Below are positions 48,496-58,470 of a stretch of DNA of 64,000 bases, piece after piece; positions within the stretch are counted from its first letter, which is position 1; every line of letters starts with the position of its first letter. Location of the stretch: NCBI GenBank assembly GCA_040876885.1, contig JBBDOU010000012.1, positions 5,986 to 69,985 of the forward strand. The letters are read 5' to 3'. The DNA comes from Minisyncoccota bacterium (GTDB taxonomy: Bacteria > Patescibacteriota > Minisyncoccia > Phycocordibacterales > JABMNX01). Below the pieces are notes generated by a model, which worked only from the letters and a program-made list of their open reading frames with translations, did not search any database and had not been told where the DNA came from. Position numbers and translations under genes: made by a program.

Positions 48496-49902
48496 ATGAA
48501 AATAACAACACAAGAAAAAAAATCTGAAGCTCAACCGAAGAAGGTTGTTCGTGTTGTGTTTACAGAAAAAAACCAAACACGGTTTGTTGAAGATGCGAGC
48601 AACACCACAAGAATTGAAGTAAAGATTAATAAAGCTGATAGAGATAATTTTAGAAAAAGTATTAAAGTAGTCCGCCGAGTTGTTCGGATAGCACAACAGT
48701 ATCACGTAGCAGTAATCGCAATTGATTTTACTGAGTTTGATAAAGTGTCTAAGCTTCCTGCAAAAGAGATGGCATCGATGGTTGCACAGAACCTTACTGT
48801 TGCACACTATGAGTTTAGGGATTTTAAAACAAAACCAAAGACGGGATGGAAAGATCTTAAAGAAGTAATCCTTACACATATTTCCCAAAAAGCAGTCATA
48901 GACGGCATCGCAGAAGGTAAAATAATTGGGGAGATGGTGAACGAGTGCCGAATGATTTCAAATACTCCAGGAGGAGACATGACGCCACAAATCCTTGCGG
49001 GGCACGCAAAACGACTTTCCCAAAAAACAACGATAAAGACTACTGTCCTTGGTAAGAAAGAAATAGAAAAGCTTGGCATGGGAGCAATCCTTGGTGTTGC
49101 AAAAGGTTCACCAGAAGAACCAAAGTTTATCGTGATGAACTACCAAGGAGGAAAGAAAGACGAACGACCTATTGTACTTATTGGTAAAGGGGTGACATTT
49201 GACAGTGGTGGTATTAATTTAAAACCAAGTGAGTCTATTTTGGGTATGCATATGGATATGTCAGGTGGCTCAGCAGTCATGACCTCGATTGCGCTTATTG
49301 CACAACTAAAGCTTAAGAAAAATGTCATTGGACTCATTCCTTCTGTAGAAAACATGGCATCCGGAAGCTCATTTCGTCCAGGCGACGTGCTCAAGTCTAT
49401 GTCAGGAAAGACTATTGAAATTATAAACACTGACGCAGAAGGTCGTCTAATCCTAGCTGATGCAATTACGTATGCTAAAAGATTTAACCCAAAAGCAGTC
49501 ATAGACGTCGCAACACTTACTGGTGCATCACTCGTTGCACTTGGGCAACACGCCTCAGCAATCATGACACGAGATAAGAAGCTCCAGGACACATTAATGG
49601 AGCTGGGAGAGCAGACTGGGGATTATGTATGGCCACTACCACTCTGGGAAGAATACGAAGCTGATGTTAAGGGGCAGATTGCTGATATTGCAAACCTCGC
49701 AACAAGAAATGCTCGATACGGAGGGTCTATTAACGGTGGTGTTTTTTTATTACAGTTTGCTAAGGACTTGCCAAAGGATTGTGCTTGGGCACACATTGAT
49801 ATGGCACCGAGAATGACAACAATACCGACAGACAACCTCTCGAGTGGGGCGGCAGGAGAGCCAGTGCGATTGCTTACTAAATTTGTTGCAGAATGGAAGT
49901 AG
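48496..49902 (+). CDS. pepA: Leucyl aminopeptidase (M17)
   Basis: GKGVTFDSGG..LK, DMSG, NTDAEGRL, ATLTGA, WAHID. Confidence 0.96.
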   Translation: MKITTQEKKSEAQPKKVVRVVFTEKNQTRFVEDASNTTRIEVKINKADRDNFRKSIKVVRRVVRIAQQYHVAVIAIDFTEFDKVSKLPAKEMASMVAQNLTVAHYEFRDFKTKPKTGWKDLKEVILTHISQKAVIDGIAEGKIIGEMVNECRMISNTPGGDMTPQILAGHAKRLSQKTTIKTTVLGKKEIEKLGMGAILGVAKGSPEEPKFIVMNYQGGKKDERPIVLIGKGVTFDSGGINLKPSESILGMHMDMSGGSAVMTSIALIAQLKLKKNVIGLIPSVENMASGSSFRPGDVLKSMSGKTIEIINTDAEGRLILADAITYAKRFNPKAVIDVATLTGASLVALGQHASAIMTRDKKLQDTLMELGEQTGDYVWPLPLWEEYEADVKGQIADIANLATRNARYGGSINGGVFLLQFAKDLPKDCAWAHIDMAPRMTTIPTDNLSSGAAGEPVRLLTKFVAEWK

Positions 49903-50648
49903 TAGCAGAAACAACAAAAGACTTTAGAGTAAAACTTGAAGGTTTTGAAGGGCCGCTTGAGTTACTCCTTTCTTTGATTGAGAAACGAAAGCTTCCTATT
50001 AATGACGTGTCGCTTGCTTCCGTTACTGATGACTACATCAAGCATATTGAGGCATCTGGTCACTTTCCACTTTCACAAACATCGCACTTCATCTTGATTG
50101 CTTCAACACTGCTTTTAATTAAATCAAAATCACTCCTTCCAACACTCGACCTCACTCCAGAAGAAGAGGAAAGTATAGAGAGTCTAGAGAAAAGACTGAA
50201 GCTCTATAAACGAAATAAGGAACTTTCTCTTCATGTATCCACGATGCTAGGGAAGCGCATGCTTTTTGAAGCACATGAAGCAAAACGTACTAAAGCAGAA
50301 GTTGTATTTTCTCCTTCAGAAGATGCATCAATCGATGCACTTAAAGAGAGTATTTTGGGTGTCCTAAAACGACTTCCTAAGGCGAAACTCGTGGCTGAAG
50401 CGGTGGTGCGAAAAGTAGTGAGTATCGAAGATATGATAGAGAACCTTACAAAGCGAATTACTCAGAAGCTGAGCATGAGCTTCTCTGAATTTTCAAATAT
50501 GGGAAAAGCAGAAAAAGTCGAAGTTATTGTGGGGTTTCTCGCCATGTTAGAGTTAGCAAAGCAAGGTATAATAAATCTTACACAAGAGAAGACATTTGCA
50601 GACATTACCATGGAATCAGATTCAGTCGGAGTACCAAAATACGAATAG
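49893..50648 (+). CDS. scpA: Segregation and condensation protein A
   Basis: FEGPLELLL.LI, LL.IKSKSLLP, FLAMLEL. Confidence 0.95.
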   Translation: MEVVAETTKDFRVKLEGFEGPLELLLSLIEKRKLPINDVSLASVTDDYIKHIEASGHFPLSQTSHFILIASTLLLIKSKSLLPTLDLTPEEEESIESLEKRLKLYKRNKELSLHVSTMLGKRMLFEAHEAKRTKAEVVFSPSEDASIDALKESILGVLKRLPKAKLVAEAVVRKVVSIEDMIENLTKRITQKLSMSFSEFSNMGKAEKVEVIVGFLAMLELAKQGIINLTQEKTFADITMESDSVGVPKYE

Positions 50649-50652
50649 ACTT

Positions 50653-51240
50653 ATGGTGGAATTTCAATCAAACAATACAGAGCAGGGAGTACCAGCACCT
50701 TCACTTTCGGGAGAAATTGAGGCAATTTTATTCTTTAAGAATGAACCGGTAAAGAAGTCGTGGCTTGAAGGAGTGGTAAAACGAACTCCTGAAGATGTAC
50801 GCGATGCGCTCGGAGAACTTAAAATGTCGCTTTTAGGGCGAGGTATCGTACTCCTTGAACTTGGTGACGCTGTGGCACTTCGCACGGCCCCAGAATATTC
50901 AGAGACACTTGCAACACTGCAAAAAGATGAACTTTCAAAAGATATCGGTAAAGCGGGACTTGAAACACTTTCTATTATTCTTTATCAGTCCCCAATCACT
51001 CGGGCGGAAGTTGACTTCATCCGTGGAGTAAACTCAACATTTATCATACGAAATCTTATGGTTCGAGGGCTTATAGAAAAACAAGCAAACCCGAAAGACG
51101 CGCGGAGTTTTTTATACCAACCAACCTTTGCACTACTTTCATTTCTTGGTATTACTGGAATAGAAGACTTGCCTGAATACGGAAGTGTGCGAGAGGAGAT
51201 ACAGCAGTTTAAAGAAGAACAAAGAGAACATGACGAATAA
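50653..51240 (+). CDS. scpB: Segregation and condensation protein B
   Basis: IEAILF, LETLSIILY..PITRA.V..IRGVNS, FL..LG...LP. Confidence 0.95.
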   Translation: MVEFQSNNTEQGVPAPSLSGEIEAILFFKNEPVKKSWLEGVVKRTPEDVRDALGELKMSLLGRGIVLLELGDAVALRTAPEYSETLATLQKDELSKDIGKAGLETLSIILYQSPITRAEVDFIRGVNSTFIIRNLMVRGLIEKQANPKDARSFLYQPTFALLSFLGITGIEDLPEYGSVREEIQQFKEEQREHDE

Positions 51241-52219
51241 CGAACCAGAAAAAATCAAAATTGATGACGCACCGGACGAGGTACTTAGTTCTATGATATT
51301 TCGACTTGGAGTGCTTATCGCATTCTTGCTTGTCTGCGGGTTTGTGTTTAGTAGTAATATTTTTGCAGTAGAAAAAGAGAACGTGGTTGCAACTCCTCCA
51401 AAGAAAGTTGTTTTAGTGAGTCCTTTTGAGTACGTTTCTATAGAAGCAGGTTCTGCATACATCTACGACGTGCATGCAAAAAAAGTGTTGTATACAAAAA
51501 ATGAAGACGCGCAACTCCCACTTGCCTCGGTTACTAAATTAATGACTGCGCTTGTTGCCTCAAAACTCATAGCACCAGAGACCATAATTACTATTGGAGA
51601 GGCTTCTATTGCAATTGAGGGCGACAACGGGTTTCATATTGATGAGCAGTGGAATTTTAAAGACCTTCTTGACTACACACTACTTGTTTCTTCAAATGAT
51701 GGTGCACATGCCATTGCGACAATTGGAGGTTCTTTTATTCAAACGGGAGCAGGAAATGCTCGAGATAAATTCATAGCACAGATGAACGAAGAAGCACTTT
51801 CTTTAGGTCTTACGCAAACATATTTTCTAAACGAAAGTGGGCTTGATGCTAATACTACTGTCGGTGGTGGGTATGGTTCAGCCCGTGACATCGCAACACT
51901 CATGACTCATATCATTACACGATCTCCAAATCTTCTAACCGCAACCACGGATAGTGCTCATACATTTGTTTCAGTAGATGGTTTTGTATACGAGGGAGGA
52001 AACACAAACACGACAACAGGAACCATTCCAAGCCTCTTGGCGTCAAAGACAGGGTTCACTGACCTTGCTGGAGGAAACCTTGCAATTGCATTTGACGCGG
52101 GAATTAATCGACCAATTATTGTTGTAGTACTTTCATCTTCTTTTGATGGAAGGTTTAAGGATATAGAGACTCTTGTTTCAGCAACTCTTGCTGCTATAGC
52201 GCAAGGCACGGTAGAATAA
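51230..52219 (+). CDS. D-alanyl-D-alanine carboxypeptidase (S11)
   Basis: ASVTK (SxxK), SSND (SxN), KTGFT. Confidence 0.92.
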   Translation: MTNNEPEKIKIDDAPDEVLSSMIFRLGVLIAFLLVCGFVFSSNIFAVEKENVVATPPKKVVLVSPFEYVSIEAGSAYIYDVHAKKVLYTKNEDAQLPLASVTKLMTALVASKLIAPETIITIGEASIAIEGDNGFHIDEQWNFKDLLDYTLLVSSNDGAHAIATIGGSFIQTGAGNARDKFIAQMNEEALSLGLTQTYFLNESGLDANTTVGGGYGSARDIATLMTHIITRSPNLLTATTDSAHTFVSVDGFVYEGGNTNTTTGTIPSLLASKTGFTDLAGGNLAIAFDAGINRPIIVVVLSSSFDGRFKDIETLVSATLAAIAQGTVE

Positions 52220-52226
52220 AATTATT

Positions 52227-53306
52227 ATGATTGTTATCGATATTGTTAAAGTAATAGTTCCAGCAGCGCTGGCTTTTTTTATTGGTATTGCTATCACTCC
52301 GATAGTCACACACTATCTTTATAAATTCAAAGCCTGGAAAAAGAAGGCAGGGAAAGGTATCGGCTACGGTGGAGGAGAGACTCCTATTTTTGATGAGCTT
52401 CATAAAGAGAAAGATACAAATACTCCTCGCATGGGAGGAATTGTTATTTGGGCAAGTGTCGTACTCACCGTCCTGTGTATCTGGGCTTTAAATGCTGTCT
52501 TTAATGGAGAGCTGTTTGAAAAACTTGATTTCTTAAGTCGGAGTCAGACATGGTTGCCGTTTTTTGCACTTCTTGTTGGAGCAGTTGTTGGATTCATTGA
52601 TGATGTACTCGTGATTAAGGGAACAGGTTCACATTTTGCTGGCGGTCTACCGCTTTGGCACCGACTTACAACTGTGGGCGCGGTAGCACTCTTTACTGGG
52701 TGGTGGTTTTATGAAAAACTCGAGATTAGTGCAATAAATATTCCCTTTGGTGGAGCGCTCGAGCTCGGTATCTTTTTTATCCCATTTTTTATACTTGTCG
52801 CAATAGCAATTTACGCAAGTGGGGTCATTGACGGTATCGACGGACTCTCTGGCGGGGTTTTTGCATCAATTTTTGCAGCGTACGCAGGAATTGCTTTTTA
52901 CCAGCAACAAATAGACATCGCTGCGCTCTCTGCAACTATCGTTGGGGGTATCCTCGCATTTTTATGGTTCAACATTCCACCTGCACGATTTTACATGACA
53001 GAGACGGGAATCATGGGACTAACAATGGCGCTTACGGTGATTGCATTTATGACAGACACCCTTGGAGGAGGGAACGGAGTCTTTGTCTTGCCTATCGTTG
53101 GGTTCTTGCTTGTGCTTACGGTGCTTTCAGATATTATTCAAGTGCTTTCAAAGAAGATACGGAGCGGGAAGAAGGTCTTTAAAGTTGCACCAATTCATCA
53201 CCATTTTGAAGCTATCGGCTGGCCCGGGTATAAGGTAACCATGCGTTACTGGGTAATCAGTGTCGTCTGTGCAGTTATTGGAATTGTTATTGCATTAGTG
53301 GGTTAA
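52227..53306 (+). CDS. mraY: Phospho-N-acetylmuramoyl-pentapeptide transferase
   Basis: TPRMGG, GFIDD, DGIDGL, FLWFN.PPA, APIHHHFE. Confidence 0.96.
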   Translation: MIVIDIVKVIVPAALAFFIGIAITPIVTHYLYKFKAWKKKAGKGIGYGGGETPIFDELHKEKDTNTPRMGGIVIWASVVLTVLCIWALNAVFNGELFEKLDFLSRSQTWLPFFALLVGAVVGFIDDVLVIKGTGSHFAGGLPLWHRLTTVGAVALFTGWWFYEKLEISAINIPFGGALELGIFFIPFFILVAIAIYASGVIDGIDGLSGGVFASIFAAYAGIAFYQQQIDIAALSATIVGGILAFLWFNIPPARFYMTETGIMGLTMALTVIAFMTDTLGGGNGVFVLPIVGFLLVLTVLSDIIQVLSKKIRSGKKVFKVAPIHHHFEAIGWPGYKVTMRYWVISVVCAVIGIVIALVG

Positions 53307-53340
53307 GTAAAGTTCGGATTTTTTTCAGGAGAGACAGCAG

Positions 53341-53376
53341 AAAAACCGATCTGATATATTTCAGATCGGTTTTTTT
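53341..53376 (+). terminator. Rho-independent terminator after mraY
   Basis: AAAAACCGATCTGA-tatatt-TCAGATCGGTTTTT. Confidence 0.85.
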
Positions 53377-53500
53377 CGACATTAAGGTCGCTCAAGCGAT
53401 TTAGACTTACCACGCCTCATTCTTTGCGTTTAATCTTGTACACAAAAAGAAAAGGACTAGCCTTGTGTGGACTAATCCTCTTAATGGTTTATTTTACCTT

Positions 53501-54076
53501 CTATTCTTTAATGCGAAGATTAATTGTAAAACCATTCAAGACTTCTTCAAGTCTGTATCCAAGCTCATTACCTTCACCTTCCTCAACGACAGCTTGTAGT
53601 TCTGAGTATGGCGACCGAATCCAAACCTTGTGTTTCCTACTGAGCGTTTCAAGTTCGTCGATAAATGCTTTAACTTTTGACACTCTACTCTCTAACCAGT
53701 CAAGTTCGGGCCACAAGGTTTCGGCGAACTTACGTGCCTGTGCAATACGATGCTCACGAACCCTTTGAGCCTTTTCATCTGTGGGGAGGTATACTTCCGT
53801 AATTTCACAGAGCGAGTAAGTAAGAGAGGGGCTAAAAAGTTCTGACAATTCTTTTTCAGAGAAAGCACCTTGTGCATTATACAGAAGTCCTTCTGGACTC
53901 CTGACTGCGACATGGTGCACTACCGTACCATTCATAAGCCAAACAATAGGCCAACCCAGCCCGCGATTAAGTGCAATTGCAAATGCGTGACATTCCTCAC
54001 CAAAGAACATGGGTATGTATTTTTGACGGAGTGTTTCTTTGTTCTCTTCACAGAGCTCATTAAAAAGTGTGGTCAT
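53501..54076 (-). CDS. Hypothetical protein with possible Cys-His-Asn (papain/transglutaminase-like) triad
   Basis: ECHAFAIAL..GLGWP...HVAV.SPEG..YNAQG; SD AGGAGGT; promoter TTTACG-N17-TATACA (54151-54123). Confidence 0.75.
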   Translation of the reverse strand: MTTLFNELCEENKETLRQKYIPMFFGEECHAFAIALNRGLGWPIVWLMNGTVVHHVAVRSPEGLLYNAQGAFSEKELSELFSPSLTYSLCEITEVYLPTDEKAQRVREHRIAQARKFAETLWPELDWLESRVSKVKAFIDELETLSRKHKVWIRSPYSELQAVVEEGEGNELGYRLEEVLNGFTINLRIKE

Positions 54077-54238
54077 TGGGACCTCCTAAATCTAAGATAC
54101 GTTCTTTGAAAGTTCTAACCTCTGTATACCATATGGTATGACTTACGTAAAATCTCCTACAACATTAAAAGCGTCCCCAAATGCTTTAAACAGGACACAC
54201 TTCTTTAAATTTAAAATATACCCTGATATACTAACCAT

Positions 54239-54808
54239 ATGAAAACAATTTGCACGTGGATTATTATTATTTTAGTAGTAATTGTCGGCGGTTTTTTTGC
54301 ACTAAACTCGTATATTTATCAGGAAAAACAAGGAGAGGGATTACCCCAAGATTTTAAAGAAGCGACCTTCACAGTAAGTGGCGAGCCAGTAACTCTAAAG
54401 GACGGTGTTGCAAAAGCATATACATCGCTTGGAGGTGCATCTGAGACGACCATTAGATACTTTGGAAATGAATTAGTGCACGATGTCGACGGTGACGGAC
54501 AAGAAGACACTGTCTTTCTTGTCTCACAAGAAACTGGTGGAAGTGGAACATTCTTCTATGCAGTTGCGGCGCTGAAGAGAGGAAGTGGGTACATTGGCTC
54601 ACAAGCTGTCTTACTTGGTGACAGAATTGCACCTCAAACTACAGAAAAAGCAGACGGAAGAACTATCGTCATAAACTACATGGAACGAGCACCAGGAGAA
54701 CCTATGACTACACAGCCTTCTGTTGGGAAAAGTCTCTACCTACTTTTAGATACAGACTCACTCCAATTTGGTGAGCTGGTCCAAAATTTTGAAGGCGAGA
54801 GTCGGTAA
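54239..54808 (+). CDS. Membrane-anchored hypothetical protein
   Basis: N-terminal TM; DVDGDGQED Ca-binding-like loop; GGSGTFFY, LGDRIAPQ. Confidence 0.8.
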   Translation: MKTICTWIIIILVVIVGGFFALNSYIYQEKQGEGLPQDFKEATFTVSGEPVTLKDGVAKAYTSLGGASETTIRYFGNELVHDVDGDGQEDTVFLVSQETGGSGTFFYAVAALKRGSGYIGSQAVLLGDRIAPQTTEKADGRTIVINYMERAPGEPMTTQPSVGKSLYLLLDTDSLQFGELVQNFEGESR

Positions 54809-54822
54809 GGTCTACCACGACT

Positions 54823-54857
54823 AAAAACAATCACTAGATGTCTGGTGATTGTTTTTT
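54823..54857 (+). terminator. Rho-independent terminator
   Basis: AAAAACAATCACTAGA-tg-TCTGGTGATTGTTTTT. Confidence 0.8.
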
Positions 54858-54873
54858 GCTATACTAGTTAGAT

Positions 54874-55965
54874 ATGAAATCTATAGATAGGTCACTCCTT
54901 CTCATAACAGGGATACTTGTTGTATTTGGGTTCTTTATTTTTACCTCAGCATCATTAGGGCTTCTTGCGCGAGAAGGGGCCCGCTTCTCATCGGTTGCGT
55001 TTAGTCAGATATTCTTTGGTATGTTTCTGGGAACTATCTTTCTCGCAATTATGGTAAAGATTCGGTATCGAGTTTGGAAACCATTTGCGCTGTATATATT
55101 TATATTCTCACTCGTAGCCACAGCACTTGTCTTTGTTCCCAGTATTGGATCTGAACTTAATGGCGCGCGGAGATGGATTAGTATCTTTGGATTCTCTATA
55201 CAGCCCGCAGAATTTCTTAAACTTGGGTTCGTTCTCTACCTGGCTTCATATCTCTCGGTAGTAAAAGATAAAATAGGGGAGTTCAAACACGGATTGATTC
55301 CATTTTGTATCATCCTTGGGATCCCCGCGTTACTCCTGCTACTACAGCCTGATACGGGGACAGTCCTTGTCATAGCATCCGCTGGAATTGCGATGTATAT
55401 AACCGCAGGAGGAAAGATACGAGATTTTGTTATTCTTTTCTTGATTGCAACAATAGCACTATCAGCCCTCATCTATACCAGACCGTATGTCCAAGACAGA
55501 ATAGAAACATTTATCCGTCCAGGGACAGATTTACAGCAAACAGGCTACCAACTTAACCAGTCACTCATTGCGATTGGTTCAGGGGGTGTCTCAGGAAGAG
55601 GGTTCGGGCAGAGTGTGCAGAAGTTTAACTACCTTCCTGAGCCTATTGGAGACTCAATATTTGCGGTTGCCGCTGAAGAATTTGGGTTTATTGGTGGTGT
55701 CATCTTGATCCTTTTGTTTCTTTCTTTTTCTTTTCGCGGACTTAAAATTGCATCTCGTGCACCAGACTATTTTGGTGGACTCCTTATCGTTGGAATTGTT
55801 ATACTAATTATATCCCAGTCATTCGTGAACATCGGCTCAATGCTTGGAGTCTTTCCCTTAACAGGCTTACCATTGTTGTTCATTAGTCACGGCGGTACCG
55901 CAATGCTCTTTGCGCTCGGAAATGTGGGTATTATTTTAAATATCTCTAAATATATAAAATCATAA
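54874..55965 (+). CDS. ftsW: SEDS peptidoglycan glycosyltransferase FtsW
   Basis: NGARRWI, QPAEFLK, QPDTG, GYQ..QS..AIGSGG, LPEP..D, P.TG..L.FIS.GG; followed by murG. Confidence 0.93.
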   Translation: MKSIDRSLLLITGILVVFGFFIFTSASLGLLAREGARFSSVAFSQIFFGMFLGTIFLAIMVKIRYRVWKPFALYIFIFSLVATALVFVPSIGSELNGARRWISIFGFSIQPAEFLKLGFVLYLASYLSVVKDKIGEFKHGLIPFCIILGIPALLLLLQPDTGTVLVIASAGIAMYITAGGKIRDFVILFLIATIALSALIYTRPYVQDRIETFIRPGTDLQQTGYQLNQSLIAIGSGGVSGRGFGQSVQKFNYLPEPIGDSIFAVAAEEFGFIGGVILILLFLSFSFRGLKIASRAPDYFGGLLIVGIVILIISQSFVNIGSMLGVFPLTGLPLLFISHGGTAMLFALGNVGIILNISKYIKS

Positions 55966-57092
55966 TGAAAATTGTCTTTACAGGAAGTGGTAGTGGTGGA
56001 CACTTCTACCCACTTATAGCAGTTGCCGAAGAAATCAACGCTTTAGTGGCTGAGAAAAAACTGTTGCGCCCCGAGCTCTATTATTTTGGGCCAAAACCCT
56101 TTGACGAACGAGCACTCCTAGAGCTCAATATAGAACACTACTACTCAAGCGCCGGGAAAATACGAAACTATCCTTCTATTTGGAACTACATAGACATGGT
56201 AAAGACGCTTTGGGGAGGTGTTCTTGCACTCATTAAACTTTTCTTCATTTATCCTGACGTCGTCTTTAGTAAGGGCGGGTACGCAAGTTTCCCCACAGTT
56301 CTTGCTGCACGCCTTCTTCGTATCCCTGTTGTTGTGCATGAATCAGACTCTGTCTTTGGAAAGACAAACGCATGGACAGCAAAGTTTGCACGCAGTGTCG
56401 CAATCTCATATCCAGAACTTGCTGACAAGCTCCCCCATACTCGCGTTGCACACACAGGAAACCCTATTCGGAAAGAACTCTTCCACCCAGAAAAAGAAGG
56501 TGCCTTTGAATATTTAAATCTTGAACCCGAGGTGCCGGTAATTCTCGTCTTAGGAGGCTCACAAGGAGCCCAAGCAATCAATAACACAGTCCTTGATGCG
56601 CTTGCAGAATTACTTCCTCGTTTCCAAATACTTCACCAAGTGGGGGAGAACAATATCGGAGAAATTAAAAGCAGAGTACCGGTTGTTCTTGGAGAACATC
56701 CAAACAAAACCCGGTATCATGCGTTTGGACTCTTGAGTGCACTCGCGCTCCGTATGGCGTATGGTGCATCAAACCTTGTTGTGTCACGAGCAGGTTCTGG
56801 CGGAATATTTGAAACCGCGGGAGCGGGACTGCCAAGTATCATTATCCCAATCCCACGGGATGTATCGCGAGACCAAAGCACTAATGCGTTTACTTACGCA
56901 CGAGCTGGCGCAGCAGTGGTAATACAGCAAAACAATCTCACCCCACACCTGTTAAGTTCTGAAATTAACCGACTCTTTGACAACCCAGAAGAAATGAAAA
57001 AGATGGCAGAGAACGCTAAAGCGTTCTCACGACCAGATGCGGCGCGGAAGATAGCAGAGGAACTAATTAGTATTGGCATAGAACACGAATAA
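55965..57092 (+). CDS. murG: MurG GlcNAc transferase
   Basis: GSGGHFYP, KGGYAS.P, HESD, GNPIR, GGSQGA, SRAG, DQ..NA. Confidence 0.97.
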   Translation: MKIVFTGSGSGGHFYPLIAVAEEINALVAEKKLLRPELYYFGPKPFDERALLELNIEHYYSSAGKIRNYPSIWNYIDMVKTLWGGVLALIKLFFIYPDVVFSKGGYASFPTVLAARLLRIPVVVHESDSVFGKTNAWTAKFARSVAISYPELADKLPHTRVAHTGNPIRKELFHPEKEGAFEYLNLEPEVPVILVLGGSQGAQAINNTVLDALAELLPRFQILHQVGENNIGEIKSRVPVVLGEHPNKTRYHAFGLLSALALRMAYGASNLVVSRAGSGGIFETAGAGLPSIIIPIPRDVSRDQSTNAFTYARAGAAVVIQQNNLTPHLLSSEINRLFDNPEEMKKMAENAKAFSRPDAARKIAEELISIGIEHE

Positions 57093-57096
57093 TCAT

Positions 57097-58470
57097 ATGA
57101 ACGTTACGTTTATTAAAAATATATTTTCTTCTCAGAAAGTTGTTGTGCGTATTGCGCCAAGCCCCACAGGGCTCCTTCATTTGGGAACTGCGCGTACTGC
57201 ACTCTTTAACTACCTGTATGCAAAAAAACACAATGGTGTCTTTGTGCTTCGTATTGAAGACACAGACAAAGAAAGAAGTACCCTGGAATACGAGAAAGAT
57301 ATTCTTGAAGGTCTTTCGTGGTTAGGTATAACCCATGACACTTTCTTTAAACAATCAGAGCGAATGCATGTATATACCGACCACCTCAAACGTCTTATTG
57401 ATTCTGGAAAAGCATACGTCTCAAAAGAAGAAAGTACACAAAATCCTGGGATGTTTATTGAAGTTGTCCGGTTAAAGAATAAAGGTGAAGTGGTAACCTT
57501 TACTGACGAAATACGAGGAGAAATTACATTTGACACGACATCACTGGGGGATTTTGTGATTGCACGCTCTATAACAGACCCGCTATATCACCTTGCAGTA
57601 GTCATAGATGACCATGAGATGGGTATTACACACGTTATCCGTGGGGAAGACCATATTTCCAACACCCCTCGTCAAATACTCATCCAACGTGCTTTTGGTA
57701 TGTCTGAGCCTAAATATGCCCATATTCCGCTTATTTTAGCCTCAGATCGCTCAAAAATGTCCAAACGGAAGGGAAGTACTTCTATCACAGAATATCGAGA
57801 AAACGGCTATATTCCAGAAGCTATGCTTAACTACATGGCGTTCTTAGGATGGAACCCAGGCACTGAAAAAGAAGTCTATACACTTAAGGAATTGATTCAT
57901 GATTTTTCTCTCGACCAAGTGCAGAAGGGGGGTGCTGTCTTTGATATTTTGAAACTCAACTGGTTTAACGCGGAGCACTCAAAAAAGATACTCGATTCAA
58001 AGATTCAACTCGAAGTTCTTGAAAAAATATTCCCAAAAAATAAAAATGAGCTTGCTGTGATGACAGAAGAAGTACTGAGGAAAATGTACGATGTCGTGAT
58101 AGAGCGAACGGGAACAAAAGACATTCCAACGTATCGCTCAATACCTGAATCAGAATTTAATTACTTTTTTGCTGACCCGCAAATAGAGACAAAGATCTCA
58201 TGGAAAGAAGAGGGGAGTGAGACAACAAAGAAAAATCTCACCGTTGCTATTGAGAAATTAAGAGTGCTCTCTGAATACGAATTCACAAAAGAGGCGGTAA
58301 AAGAAGCGCTCTGGAGTTACGCAGAAGAAGTAGGGAAAGGCTCACTCCTGTGGCCAATTCGTGTCGCACTCTCTGGAAAAGAAAAATCACCCGACCCATT
58401 TACACTTGCAGAACTACTTGGAAAAGACGAGACTCTTAAACGTATTGAACATGCACAAAAAAATCTCTAA
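57097..58470 (+). CDS. gltX: Glutamate--tRNA ligase
   Basis: RIAPSPTG.LHLG, LRIEDTD, HVIRGEDH, KMSKR. Confidence 0.98.
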   Translation: MNVTFIKNIFSSQKVVVRIAPSPTGLLHLGTARTALFNYLYAKKHNGVFVLRIEDTDKERSTLEYEKDILEGLSWLGITHDTFFKQSERMHVYTDHLKRLIDSGKAYVSKEESTQNPGMFIEVVRLKNKGEVVTFTDEIRGEITFDTTSLGDFVIARSITDPLYHLAVVIDDHEMGITHVIRGEDHISNTPRQILIQRAFGMSEPKYAHIPLILASDRSKMSKRKGSTSITEYRENGYIPEAMLNYMAFLGWNPGTEKEVYTLKELIHDFSLDQVQKGGAVFDILKLNWFNAEHSKKILDSKIQLEVLEKIFPKNKNELAVMTEEVLRKMYDVVIERTGTKDIPTYRSIPESEFNYFFADPQIETKISWKEEGSETTKKNLTVAIEKLRVLSEYEFTKEAVKEALWSYAEEVGKGSLLWPIRVALSGKEKSPDPFTLAELLGKDETLKRIEHAQKNL

